Part shown: one piece after another, positions 36,026-48,652 of the stretch
Numbering within the stretch: position 1 is the stretch's first letter
How the letters are laid out: the number at the start of each line of letters is the position of its first letter
Assembly: GCF_006345805.1 (NCBI RefSeq)
Contig: NC_042998.1
Location: 97,030,001-97,094,000 of the forward strand
Source of the DNA: Octopus sinensis
Taxonomy: Eukaryota
Length of the DNA stretch: 64,000 nucleotides
Reading direction: 5' to 3'
Position numbers and translations under genes: made by a program
The notes under the pieces: model-generated
What the model saw: only the letters and a program-made list of their open reading frames with translations
Told to the model about the DNA's origin: nothing
The model's database searches: none

Positions 36026-37694
36026 ATGGCGTCAGCAAGTAGCGATTCCGATTTTGAAGGCTTTACCATTGATGATGTTGAAGATATCAACGAAAACAAA
36101 AGTCTTTTGACTTGGAATGAGTCTGATATTGATATCAGCGATTATTCGTCGGACGAAGAAAATTTCGATGACGAAAGTGAAGAAAATGAAAGTGATGAAA
36201 ACGATAGTGTAAACATGGTCGAAAATTACGACACCAGTAACAATTTCTGATTTTACAGAAAACACTGGTCCACAACATGATTTACCTCCTGATGCTCAAC
36301 CACTGGATTATCTATTTTTATTTTTGCCTCAAAGTTCTTTTGAAAATGTTGCGGAGCAAACGAACAAATATGCCCAACATTTAATTTCTGTTCGTGGAAG
36401 GAGCGATCCGCTATGGCTGCCAACAAATACTGCGGAAATAAGAGCATTTTTTACGATCGACATTATGTTTGGAGTCAGACAGCTTCCTCAACTGTGGAAC
36501 TATTGGAGTCCCGATGTAAGGTATGGCGATCCATATATTTCGAGCATCATGTCGAAGACGAGGTATTCGAAAATATCTCAGTATTTGCATTTGACTGATT
36601 CTTCCAATGCCCCCAACAAAAACGACCCAAACTACGATCCCCTGTACAAAGTACGTCCGGTAATTGATTTACTCGTACATAATTATAAAACTATTTATTT
36701 ACCTGGAAAAAATCTCAGTGTAGATGAAGCGATGATAGGATTTAAGGGCAGAGTACATTTTCGGCAGTACATGCCTGCCAAACCTACTAAATGGGGGATC
36801 AAGGTATGGGAAGTTTGTGAATCGGAGACAGGATACTGTGTAAACTTCGATGTTTACACAGGTAAGAAATATAATGCGAAAAGACCACATGGATTGGGAC
36901 ATGATGTTGTATGGTCTCTTACACAACCTTTTCACCATCAGCACCGACACCTCTATTTCGATCGTTTTTTTTCTTCAGTGGCTTTGGCAGAAAATCTTGC
37001 ACGTGTAAGCACTTACATGTGCAGCACTGTTATGGGAAATCGTAAAGGTTTACCCCATGAAATAAAAGCAAAATTAAAAAAAAGAGGGGACATTTTGCAA
37101 ATGCAAAAACAAAATTTGTTAGTTACTGCATTTAAAGACAAAAGGCAGATTTTATTTCTGTCTGCTAATGAACAAACTGGTGTTGGGGCTGAGGGGAAAC
37201 CCCTCGTGAATATTTGCTACAACAAATATATGGGTGGCGTAGACAAATCCGACCAATATCGGGCATATTACCCAGTTGGTCGACCTGGGAAGAAATGGTG
37301 GAGGTACATTTTGTGGTTTTTAGTTAATTTAACTATAGTAAATGCCCACATTGTTTACGTAAAAAGCCACAAAGTACCTCCGCCACCGAAAGACTACGAC
37401 CACTTGAAATTTCGGGTTGACATTGCATCTCAGTTACGTGAGGGCTTTTCTTCTAGAAAGCACAGAGCTGGGAGAAAAGCAAAATTAACTGAGGTGGATG
37501 TCAACAGAGAAAATGTTGACTTCCATCAAATGGAAAAAATAGATGGAAGAAAAAAAGTGTGCAGACTGTGTTCGCAGCAAAAAAGAAAAACTGCGAAAGG
37601 GTACCAGATCGAAACATCCTACATGTGTTCGTTTTGCCAAGTGCCCTTGTGTAAAGGGTGCTTTGGACAATTTCATGACAGAAATATGCCATAA
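36026..37694 (+). CDS. piggyBac transposase (PGBD4-like), about 555 aa if one frameshift near 36210-36215 is corrected
   Basis: Acidic N-terminus in one frame, then 494 open codons in the next: LSVDEAM, LYFDRFFSS, MGGVDKSDQ (DDD triad) and C-terminal CRLC..CSFCQVPLCKGCFGQFH. Confidence 0.88.
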
Positions 37695-37734
37695 ATGTAT
37701 AATTTTACATATTCCTTTTAATTTTATAATATAA

Positions 37735-38118
37735 CTAGCAGTATCGCCCGGCGTTGCTCAGGTTTGTAAGGGAAATAACTATAAAGTATTTTTAGAGAGT
37801 TATAGCCAAAAAATAGCAAAAAAATGGAAAAAAATGATGGTAAATTTTTTTTTGAGATTTAAAAAAGGTGGAGTTGCGTCCCCTAGACAGTTTGTGGTTC
37901 GTGTTTCTGATTCTCGACCCCATGTCGAATTTATCGATTTTTTCAGAACTGGGGGAAATTTTCAAAATTTTCGCTGCGTTAGTTTTGAATTATGACATTG
38001 GGCTATGTGTGTGTCAAGTTTCATCAGAATCGGTTGAAAGCCGTGGTCAGGGTGAGGGTACAAGCAAACAGACACACAGAAACACGCACAGACAAACTGC
38101 CGTTTATATATAGAGAGA
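37735..38118 (-). mobile_element. Non-autonomous Helitron (384 bp) nested in the piggyBac 3' region
   Basis: On the minus strand A|TC...CTAG|T with GC-rich subterminal sequence cctgagcaacgccgggcg just before CTAG; no TSD. Confidence 0.75.
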
Positions 38119-39014
38119 TATGTGAAAGTGAGAACTACATATTAATTTTCAGTATGTTACACACCTGTATTCACCTTTGTCTCACCTGTTAATGAGATTT
38201 TTTTATTAGATGCATTCTGTTACGTGAATGAATTCATTAAATTGTATAAGAGTGCATAGCCAATGGTATATTGACTAGTAAAAGAGTTTTTGTACTTTCT
38301 TTTCAATGATGACGTTTGAATGAAATATAGAAAAAGAGTAAAATCTTGTACCGATTACACCTGTATTTTAATTCATTCAAATTAATGTACCTCATCTTGA
38401 AAAATGTAAAATTGTTGGCCGTTGACATCTGGGATAATTTTAGCAGCAAATCAAACAGGTAAGATGTATTAAGAACATGAATTTTAGTGTTTATTCATAA
38501 TGTTATTGTTTTTACACCTGTTAATTAAATTTACCTGCCCATAAAAGTCAAATGTAGTGAGAAAGATCAGCTAAAATTACGCAATTATAAACCACTGGCA
38601 TTTAAGCACCCATTTACAAAGTTTCAAATCTGTATGTAGAAAATTAACAAAGTTACAAGTAAATATTGTGGACACCCCACTTGAACCTGAATAAATCCAA
38701 ATTAATCTGAACAGATAAGCATTACATTTGACAAGTTAATCTGAACACTAAAGGGTTAAAACCACTTTTGCAAGCTGATAATGATGCAACTCAGAAAGAA
38801 AGTTAAAATGAAACTTGCTGACCAACACAAGAAATTCCACATGTGTACACTTCTATATAAAACTATTTTACAGCTGCCTTATGAGTGGATACGGTAGATG
38901 AAAACTGAAAGAATCCTGTTTACAAGAGTGTCTATTACAAGTCAAAGTTGAAATCAATGACAGGAAAAATTCTTCTCTGAAGCATACAATGCAAAAAACA
39001 AAAACAATACTTAC

Positions 39015-39138
39015 TTCTAGACCGTCGTGTAACGTATACAACTCCTTTGCCATCTTTGCATGGCTCAACCCCAATGGTTTTTTTGTGGACAAGGCCACTG
39101 TAACGGAAACAATGACGTCCTTTCAAGTTGTTTGGCTC
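39015..39138 (-). CDS. RPL28: RPL28 coding exon 2 ([41 protein letters not shown])
   Basis: ttaacag acceptor, gtaagt donor, 124 bp; clear eL28 homology. Confidence 0.97.
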
Positions 39139-39738
39139 CTGTTAAGAAAAATTAGTTGAAAATTAACGGTGTACAAAATGTAATTAATTGTTATATACCT
39201 TATTCTCAATTAATAGCTGATATGAGCAACTAGTCATTGGAAAATGTTCTTTATGTAATTTCAAACCAGAATGTAGAATTCAGATTACCATAATAGTGAA
39301 TAGTGCAATTTACTAAATGACTAGGATTTGGGGCAACTCACAGAACAATTGCAAAACATCATATGCTGACATTTTATCACCCGACTTAACAGGGAAACCC
39401 CTAATTATTGTGTATGTTGTGGGATTTTTCTTTGACACCAATTACTCTACATATTGTTAACCAGTTTACAGTATGGACAGAATGCATTTTATCATGCTCA
39501 CAACACAAGTTGTTTGCTCTAAATGGAAACTGACAGTTGTTTAAGATGATATCAATACTGTCTCAAACATTGCATATTATAAGCTTAGGGTTGCCATTAA
39601 TACTTCTCACCTTTCAGGAGTTTATTTACGACGGAAGTTTTAGATTGTTGCATTCCTTCCTTTATGCAGAAAAAAAAAAAAAATCCTGCAGTATCAGTCA
39701 ACATAAAGAGTCCAGGATTTATATATGTTGTTACTTAC

Positions 39739-39819
39739 TTTGCTAAGCCAGAGACCATTTCGTTTGACAAGGAAAGAATTATTATTCCTGACAATCATCC
39801 ATAGTAAGTCAGCCGACAT
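39739..39819 (-). CDS. RPL28: RPL28 coding exon 1 (MSADLLWMIVRNNNSFLVKRNGLWLSK); exon begins at 39827
   Basis: gttcag acceptor, 8 nt UTR, ATG, gtaagt donor; the four exons total 405 nt = 134 aa plus stop. Confidence 0.96.
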
Positions 39820-40003
39820 ATTGGATTCTGAACAAAAGATGAAAATTGAGATTTGCTGTTATATAGTATATCAATGAACATTTACATAAACCAAGTCAAA
39901 CACAATACTGAAAGCTATCTTAAAGTGGTTTAAGATTGGAAATCATAATACTAAAATACTAGCAAAAAACACAACACACAAGTTTATAAAAAAATCTCCA
40001 TTT

Positions 40004-41597
40004 CATTATCATCATCATCGTTTAACGTCCGTTTTCCATGCTGGCATGGGTTGGACGGTTTGACTGAGGTCTGGAGAACCAGCAGCTGCAACAGGCTCCA
40101 ATCTTTTCTGGCAATGTTTCAACAGCTGAATGCCCTTCCTAACGCCAACCACTCAGAGTGTAGTGCGTGCTTTTTACATGCCATTGGCACGGGGGCCAGC
40201 CAGGGGGTATCGATCACATTCAAATGGTGCTTTTTACGTGCTACCGGCACTGGAGCCAGTCTGGCCACAGCTACGATGTTGGTTTTACTTGACTCAGCAG
40301 GTCTCAAGCATATTATATCACCCAACACATCAGGGCGTTCTTAACAGAGCTGGACATGCATCACTGCACTCACACTTTAGTTGCCAGGTTTTCTCAAACA
40401 GCCTGTCTCCACCCATCCTTATATGTAACACAAGACCATACCAGTGCAGTCGTCTCTCTTGTACACGACATTTGATGCTTCTTATGCCCGACTTTTCTCT
40501 CAGGGCATTTACTGTCATGTATGCACACTGACATTACACAACTAGCAGATCATACTAGCTTCATTTTTTTCAAGCCTACACAGGCCCTCAGTATTCACGG
40601 CCCATGTTTTATTGCCGTGTAGCATGGCAGTTCACCAGCAGGGGTAGTAGCTCCCTGAACATTGCCCAGGCTATTCTTACTCTAGTTGCTACACTCTCAG
40701 AGCAACCACCCATCACTACAGATTTGGTCGCCTAGGTAGTGGAAGCTATTAACTACTAGTTTCTCCCCCTAGCTTGTGATGGAATCTGTTTTCTGTACAT
40801 CTTCAGTGTTTATTGCCTCTGTGCATCTGCCACACACAAAAGCTATTTTCATGGTTAACCTTCCTTTGATATTGCTGCACCTTTTATGTGTCCATAACTT
40901 ACACCAGATACATCGTATGAGTTTCTACTCACACCTTTTCTAGAGATCGAGCAGGACCATCTACATGAAGGGGATAGTGATTTGACAGCCTTCCTACTTA
41001 CTAAGACTTTGGTTTTGGCTAGGTTAACCCTAAGGTCCTTCGATTCTAGACCTTGCTTCCAAACCCTAGAGGAGCTCCCATGGGCAGCCTGCCTTGAATT
41101 CCTCCGTTATTGCCTGGAGGACTATAATGAATAAGAGGGGGCTGAAAACTGATCCTTGGTGAACCCCTACTTCTTGGAATTCTCTATACTCATTGCAAAC
41201 CCTCACCTTACTGATAGCATCCCTGTACAGCTCTTACCAGTCACTCATCTATCCTCGGTTTCTGCATTGACCATTAGATAAGGGATTGCGGTACCCTGTC
41301 AAAGGCTTTCTCCAAGTCAACAAAAGCCAAGTACAAAGGTTTATCTTTGGCTAGGTATTTCTCCTGCAGTTGCCATACCAGAAATATAGCATCAGTGGCA
41401 CAAAACCAAACTGCATCGCATCTAGGCTTTCTCCCTAATTAGTTGGGCTATGACCCTCTCTGTAACTTTCATCATCTGATCCAATAATTTCATACCCCTG
41501 TAGTTATTTCTATCTAAAGCATAACCTTTTCCCTAGTAGCAGTTGACCATGGTGCTGCTACACAAGTCATTGGGTACGACTCCATGAACTACCTGAC
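40004..41597 (-). mobile_element. RTE-clade LINE, 5'-truncated and decayed, in RPL28 intron 1
   Basis: (CAT)n tail, 3' UTR, degenerate RT collinear with 59175-61080. Confidence 0.8.
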
Positions 41598-42933
41598 TTA
41601 CAATGCGGGTGACAGGACCATAACACACGATATTTTAAGCATCCCACAAACTGAAATGCATTTTCACAGAAATATAGTAATAAACTAATTAAAGACTGTT
41701 ACAGAACTAAGACTGAAATAATAGAAATTTGCTTTTCTATAATAAATTACCTGATATCTTACAGTAATCACCCTTTTTTATATTTATGTTGAAAATATGC
41801 TAATTAGTTTTGAAATTAAGTTCTATAATAACTGTCATTATTATGGTGTTTTAAACAAGTTAACACAAACTTTTGAGGGTTAATTTAGATTTTACTTCAA
41901 ATAGGTCTCAAAAATAACTCCATTTTCAAACACTGGAAGAAATTTGATATTGCACCTTGGTATCTACTAAGAACAAAAAGAAAACTGTTATTGCTACTCT
42001 CAAAGGAACCAATGTATCAATTAATCCAAACATATGCTTTAATCTTGTACCTTTCTTAGGTTTCTGTGGGTATTTTTAAGATGGGCTCAAACTATCATAT
42101 AAATCTAATAGGTAATATCCAACATGTTAGTGTCCCTAAACTGAAAAAACATCACTGGTTTGTACATTAAACTTTGCAACACATTACTGCAAACTGATAG
42201 TTGATATTTTTTTAATAAAACCAAGCTATTTATTGACATGCCTAAGCGTACTACCAAACACTGAAGATGAGAAAAATCTCTTCAGATTTTGGCCTCATAT
42301 AGAGATTCTATAGAATTTACCAGATCCTCAACAGGTGTTAAAATCAGATGTAAAAGCCCCACTTCCATTTTACGATCCCTATCACAACCCTAGGGAATAA
42401 TATGAATTGGGGATACTAAATGTTAGAAATATGTCAGCAGAGCTGACTTAGTAACTTGGACTAGGAGCTCAGAAAAACTAAAGCATTAGGAATTCCAATG
42501 ACGATAGTACTACATAATGGACCAGAATTCATTCAATTAAAGAACAAATTAGACTTCGATCTAAAATGTAATGACGCAGAAAGAGTTCCAAATTTGCATT
42601 AGTAGGCTACAGTCAATCAAATAGAAGACATCAGTGTATGAGGCATGCAAGTTGAACGGTTTTGCAGAATCGCAAAAGGGAATTTAAGCCGCAATGTGTC
42701 ACAAAACTTATCTTTATATTTGCGACGGTTCTGGCGCTTCCATTCGGAGTCGAAACCATATTTAATATGGTTTTTGATTTAGGTGCAAGATCAGCAGTGG
42801 AGCTGGCCGATATCATCGACCCAAGTATTAAACTAGTACGTTATTTCGTTTACTTCGGCAGGATTTGAACTTGTGTATATTATCATTATTTAAACATATA
42901 GTCAACAACTGCACATTACTTACAAGGTGTATG

Positions 42934-43421
42934 GGCATTCTTTCTATTTAACTCGACAAAATCAAAACATTTCACTTCGGGTATTTCCGTGGGTTGTGGA
43001 GTAAAGATATAATGAAATTATGCCAGCAATGTCTCGTTTTAAACTTGAAGAAAAAAAAACCCTTGCATATTTGTTCTTACCTGTTTCATGTGTGTATGTG
43101 GCGATCTTTCGTCTCTAGTAGACCTTTCCGTCGATTACACAACATACTGTCTGTCTCCCACACCCCATCAAACACACACACACACACATGTATATCAATG
43201 CTCCCATGCACGGTAACTTCAAAAGAACTTCCCTTGTCATACAATCGCTTAAAATTTTTTTTACGGAAATCGACGGAAAGGTCTACTAGAGACGAAAGAT
43301 TGACGTGTATGTAAAATCCGCGAATTTTTAAGCAGAAAACAGAATCGAACTGTAATTTGCTTCCACGGAAATACCCGAAGTGAAATGTTTTGATTTTGTC
43401 GAGTTATATCGAAGGAATGCC
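42934..43421. mobile_element. MITE with 59-bp TIRs and 8-bp TSD (Merlin- or hAT-like)
   Basis: TIRs 42934-42992 and 43363-43421 with 3 mismatches, GG termini; TSD GGTGTATG at 42926-33 and 43422-29. Confidence 0.9.
43100..43304. mobile_element. Second MITE nested in the first; 37-bp TIRs, 8-bp TSD
   Basis: GGCGATCTTTCGTCTCTAGTAGACCTTTCCGTCGATT and its inverse (2 mismatches); TSD GTGTATGT at 43092-99 and 43305-12. Confidence 0.88.
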
Positions 43422-44266
43422 GGTGTATGATTTAACTATGCTAATGTGACTGTTTTGCATGCTTGCACGTGCTCAGAACAATTTAACCCGTGATTGTAAG
43501 ATGTTTAATTTTCATTCTATAATTAACAAAAACAGTACGAATGAAACAACCACAAAAGCATTATTCTACACTTGCTCTGCTTCATGAACAGTAGTACTTA
43601 AAACTGAAATATCTCTCCTGTTTAAGAACTATTTGTAATTTGAATCGGGATGACCAGCAATTCGAATAAGGGATCACACTTACGCACTTATACTTCCATT
43701 TGTGACCTTATATGCCGTATTTGAAGGTATAAAAGACACAACCCGATTTCAGTAACGCGTATTCAGAAAAATGTTTTTAGTACATTAAAGTGAGACTCAA
43801 TTTCGTATAAAGGACCCGGAGTGACGTCCAGAGACATTTCTTTGGAGGGGTAAAAGTGCATCTTATGTCATCAAATATAGTAATTAACGTAAAAATTATG
43901 ATATAGAAATTGTGAACCATTCATAATCAGAAACAAAAAAGAATTTGTTAATGCCTATAATGATGTATTTGAACTTCAATACTTATTATTTAATAAAACT
44001 CGAAGTTGGGGGAAAATCTTTAGATGTGACAGTTTTAATTTTATCCAAGTATTAGCTGTTTGGCAGAACCGCCATGATGAAGTTAAGCCCATGTGGCACA
44101 GATATAGAGAGAGACACACATATATATATTAATATATAGCATAAAATTCCAAAGATAAATGGTAAAGTAGACATTAACAAACAAAAAACGATAATTTATA
44201 TACATAGTTAAATTACATTAATTAATATTAACATTGAAGGAGTGGATATTAAATACGAGCACTTAC

Positions 44267-44305
44267 GTTTAGCAAACGTTCCAATGAAAGACTTGTATGA
44301 AAAGG
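44267..44305 (-). promoter_or_regulatory. RPL28: Probable RPL28 non-coding exon 1 with TCT/5'-TOP start
   Basis: TTCCTTTTC pyrimidine initiator, about 39-nt exon, gtaagt donor at 44266-61; ETS-like CCGGATGT (44331-38) and CCGGAAGT (44494-501) upstream. Confidence 0.65.
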
Positions 44306-44759
44306 AACCAGAAGCGCCGTGCACACAAAACCGGATGTGAAATAAATGATAACTAAAATTGAGAAAATATACTTTAGTATGCATTTTATAACATTTATAA
44401 AAACTTAATTTATATTTTAGGACTTTTTTTTCAGTCAATATTCATTTGAAATATAATACGAAATATTGTGAGTTTTCTGCGACTTTACACTTACCGGAAG
44501 TTATAGTGTTCATTCAAGTGAATTGGAAGCATGTCTTTTCCGTATTTTTCCACGTATTTCGCCAAAAAAATTTTTGAAAAAAGTGAAAAATGAAGAAATT
44601 GGAGGGTAGGGGGAAATTGAAATTTTGAACTACCAATTTTTTTTATACATTCGGAATCTCCATAGCCAAAAACGTGGGTTTCTGTAGAAAAATAAACAGA
44701 TGGGTGTGATGGTTCACCAATTATTCTATATGTAGCAGAATTACACAAGACGGGATTAA

Positions 44760-45490
44760 ATGTGGACATATATTCTTCAAACTGATGTTCTCATTCTTGC
44801 GCTTTCTGTGTTTCCTTATCTAAGTCCCCAAACAGCCATGATTATGGGCACTGGAGAAAGGATTAAACTTGAACCAATTTTTGCCAAACTAGGGCCTGAG
44901 AAAGCAGCAGCTCTCTTTGGAATGCATGCCATAACAGGCTGTGACACCACTGGTCATATTCTTGGTAAAGGGAAAGAGACTTGCTTCAATACATTTATGA
45001 ATGCAGAAGATGATGTAATCAAAGCACTTTCAAATTTAGGCATTGGTGATACACTAACAGAGTATGTTGATAGGGGCTGTGAGAAATGTTCGTGATCTAT
45101 TTACTATCAAACTAGCTCAGTGTTCTAAAGCGAAAGAACTACGATGGCATTTGTTTAGACATCTGAAAGCTAACAAGGGAACTGAGAGGTTATCCCCAAC
45201 CAAAGGTGCTGTTCATCAACACGTTCTTAGAACACATCATCAGTGCCACATTTGGAAATAAACAGTTACCAAACCCTGTAATTTTTGATCCTTTGACTCT
45301 TGGTTGGAAGAAAGGCACATATGGATTTGAGGCAGTTCTCTTTGTGGATACTCCTGCCCTGGACAATCTCTTTAGATTAATCAAGCAACTGTAGGGCATG
45401 GTGTAGCTGTAAAAAGAAATAATCTGGTTTCTACAGAATTGTACCATTCTGAAGCAGATAGGAATCACTGTGATAATACAGATTCACCAA
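44760..45490 (+). mobile_element. Decayed transposase C-terminal fragment, Academ-like (XPG-like domain plus Cys-rich tail)
   Basis: TDVLILA, HAITGCDTTGHILGKGK, LSPTKGAVHQHVLRTHHQCHIW, DPLTLGWKK, CSCKK; frameshifts present; superfamily inferred; TIRs not confirmed. Confidence 0.5.
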
Positions 45491-46634
45491 TGATTTTTGA
45501 TGATGCTGATGTTACATAGACAGACTGATAGGATGTTAAATCAAATTTATGGAATGGGATACAACCATGGGATTTCATAAAATGACACTGATTAGTATGA
45601 TACGATTAGATATTTTCAGAGTGAATTAATGACTAGAAATCCTGACTGTCATGTTAGAATGATTATGCATATTCTTTTTGTTTTTTGGTATCAGTTTGCA
45701 TATCCTGTAAAGAAAATTTGAAAAACATCCAGGTCCTTCATAGGGACAAATCACAGTTCATTAGTAAAAGTTTCAAATAGTTTATTTCACTATATATATA
45801 TCCTAGAGGTAAAGATCCAAACTAGATTAGAGATCATATTCATTATGAAATGTACTCTATTTTGTAAATGGTAGCTGTTTTATATTTGAAAGTGTTAAAT
45901 TTGAATTCCTTGATGCTAAAAACACTATTTGAGATCTTATATTACCCTTTGTGAATATATTAAAGTTATTAAATAATTGACTTTTTTTTGGCAACTATTT
46001 TATTATCGTTGCCGTATAAGCGAAATGGCAGATTAAAAAATGAAAACATCACTTTTTGTGATCCGTGGAGGATATCGTGGCCAAAAGTTCATGTTGGAAA
46101 AAATCGATACAAAATTTTCACAGAAGTCAAATTTTTGTCATAGCAGACCACACTATTCCCAGCAATGGGACTGTGTAAAAGTTTGGCGAAGAGTTACATC
46201 CCTTCCGTCATTTACTGTTATATGCACACACGTATTCAATTCACACGTGTGTGTGAGTGATGTCCTTACAGAATAGAGTCGGAAATTATCTGTGTTAAAA
46301 ACCGTAATTTCTTTGCCTGTGTGTTGTTTTACGGCTATGCATAAAGAAATTCTGATCGTGAGGAAAAAAAATCTCGAAAAAGTAAAAGCTAAAAAATTAC
46401 AGAAAGTGTGGACCCCTTTTTTTAACTTTATTTTTAGCAAAATCGTAATTTGAGTTGTTTAAAACATACACAACTGAGCGACACACCTGACCAGTAGGTT
46501 ACATGCCTTCACTGGGCTAAGTGATACATCTACCTAAATACCTTACACGAATTGAACTGAGAAATAGATAATTAATTTTAAAAATGGCAATGGATAGTAT
46601 GAACTCAATTTGAAACTAATGAACACATAAAACA

Positions 46635-46676
<42 letters not shown>

Positions 46677-46717
46677 AAAGAAGAATTTGTACGATACTGA
46701 AAGGGACTCCACTTTCT

Positions 46718-46947
46718 TTTTCTTTCTTTTTTTTTTATTGCCCACAAGGGGCTAAACATAGAGAGGACAGACAAAAGGATTAAGTCGATTACATCGATCC
46801 CAGTGCGTAACTGGTACTTAATTTATCGACCCCGAAAGGATGAAAAGCAAAGTCGACCTCGGCGGAATTTGAACTCAGAACGTAACGGCAGACAAAATAC
46901 TGCTAAGCATTTCGCCCGGCGTGCTAACGTCTCTGCTAGCTCGCCGC
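46718..46947 (-). mobile_element. Second SINE family (tRNA head, Meta-domain-like core), young copy
   Basis: Head GCGGCGAGCTAGCAGA..GAGTTCAAATTCC, core gtcgactttgcttttcatcctttcggggtcgataaa, A-rich tail, 20-21-bp TSD CTGAAAGGGACTCCACTTTCT (46697-717, 46947-67). Confidence 0.88.
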
Positions 46948-47257
46948 TGAAAGGGACTCCACTTTCTGCTTAGAACAAATTAACAACTAGTCTTAAATGT
47001 CAAATTATCCTCTATAAAAGGATTCTGAAAGATAGGAAATGATTAGCAATTAGTTCAGCAAATACAAGCTAATAGATAAAGTAATTCAGAAAAAGTAGTG
47101 GCTTTTTAGAAAATACTAATTTGACTCTACTATTATCAAAATAATAGAAATGTTGACATTTCAAGTGAAACAGCGTTCAGTTTACATGTTTGTGAACATA
47201 TGGTTAATTACCACTCTATATTACTCTTCATATATAAAGCAGTTAGTTAGCAGAAGC

Positions 47258-47650
47258 ATTAGCATGCTGAGCAAAATTCTTCATGGCATTTCATCTGTCT
47301 TTATGTTCTGAATTCAAATTCTTCCAAGGTTGACTTTACCTTTTATGTCTTCAGGGTCGATGAAATAGGTACCAGCTGTAAACTGGGGTCGATGTGATCG
47401 ACTTAGTAAGCTAGCAGAAGCATAAGCATGCCAGGCAAAATGCTTAGTGGCATTTCATCCATCTTTGTTCTGAATTCAAATTCCACTGAGGTTGACTTTG
47501 CCTTTTATCCTTTTAGAGTCAATAAAATAAGTACCAGTTGCATACTGGGTGAATCTAATCGACTGGGCCCCCTCCCCAAAAATGTCAGGCCTTGTGCCTA
47601 GAGCAGAAAAGAATAAAGTACCAGTTGAGCACTGGGGTTGATGTAATCAA
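47258..47650 (+). mobile_element. Tandem older copies of the second SINE family; two more on the minus strand at about 51110-51550
   Basis: Repeated agcagaagcat.agcatgc..gttctgaattcaaattc..gttgacttt.ccttttat. Confidence 0.7.
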
Positions 47651-48105
47651 CCTACCCCCAAATCGTGCAATTGCTAGCCTTGTGCCAAAATTTGAAACCA
47701 ATGTTACTGTTTTTATACAGTCATCATCATCATTGTTTAACGTCCGCTTTCCATGCTGGCATGGGTTGTTTCTCCCCTAAACATGATTCCATGAGGAAAA
47801 TTATAAATGAAAAACTAGTTTCTTTGGTAAGATACTATCAAATTTGTATGAAAAGATTTATCTAAGAATACACCATATACAGAAGGCTGATGTTTCAAAA
47901 TAATATAATATTCATTCCCTTTTTTTTTACCCATTATAAGTGAACATCAGAAAAAGACCTTGCCAAAGAAAGGCCCTACCAAATACATCATCATCATCAT
48001 TTAAAATCTGTTTACTACGCTGGCATGGGCTGGATGGCTTAATAGGATCCGTTGAGTTGCAGAGCTATATGAAACTCCAGTATCAGTTTTAGTATATTTA
48101 TATGA

Positions 48106-48652
48106 CTAGATGCCAGCAAGCCAACTGAGATTGTAGCTGTAGCCAATGCCAGTGTCACATAACTGGCCCATATAAAAGCACCCTTCAATCATCAGGCAAT
48201 ATGCCGTGCTTGTGAACAAAGTAAAATCGTTATTGAACCAGTTGAACAAAGTGAAATCGTTGCTGTGGTTGATGTCAATGCCACCTGACTGCCATCTGTT
48301 CCAGTGGCATGTAAAAAGCACTGTTCAAGTGTAGCCAATGCCAGTGCCACCTGACTGGCACGTAAAAAGCACCATTTGAGCGTGACCATTGCCAGTGTTA
48401 CCTGACTGGCATGTAAAAAGCACCATTCGAGCATGGTCAATACCAGTGTCACCTAACTGGCTCTTGTGCCAGTGGCACATAAAAAGCATCCACTATACTC
48501 TTAGAGTGGTTGGTGTTAGGAAGGGCATTCAACTGTAGAAACCTTGCCAGATCAGATTGGAACCTGGTGCAGCCTCCCAGCTTGCCAGTCCTCAGTCAAA
48601 CCATCCAACCCATGCCAGCATGGAAAGTGGATGTTAAACAATGATAATGATG
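48106..48652 (+). mobile_element. RTE 3'-UTR fragment with internal tandem of about 51 bp x3
   Basis: Repeated gccagtg..acctgactggca.gtaaaaagcaccatt; ends catgccagcatggaaagtggatgttaaa..atgataatgatga. Confidence 0.7.

Larger units (their letters stand above)
35764..38755 (+). mobile_element. piggyBac transposon, full length, in an RPL28 intron (antisense to the host gene)
   Basis: TTAA|CCGTTTAGTGTTCA ... TGAACACTAAAGGG|TTAA; subterminal repeats gttcaaaccggcca.atccggcc x2; transposase inside. Confidence 0.9.

Noticed and set aside
36324-37694. Domesticated PGBD gene or RPL28-transposase fusion
   Set aside because: TIRs and TTAA sites are still present and the element is antisense to RPL28; no evidence of domestication from sequence alone
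44505-46157. TIRs for the Academ-like fragment (TAGTGT..ACACTA)
   Set aside because: Only 6 bp match and no TSD; element ends not supportable
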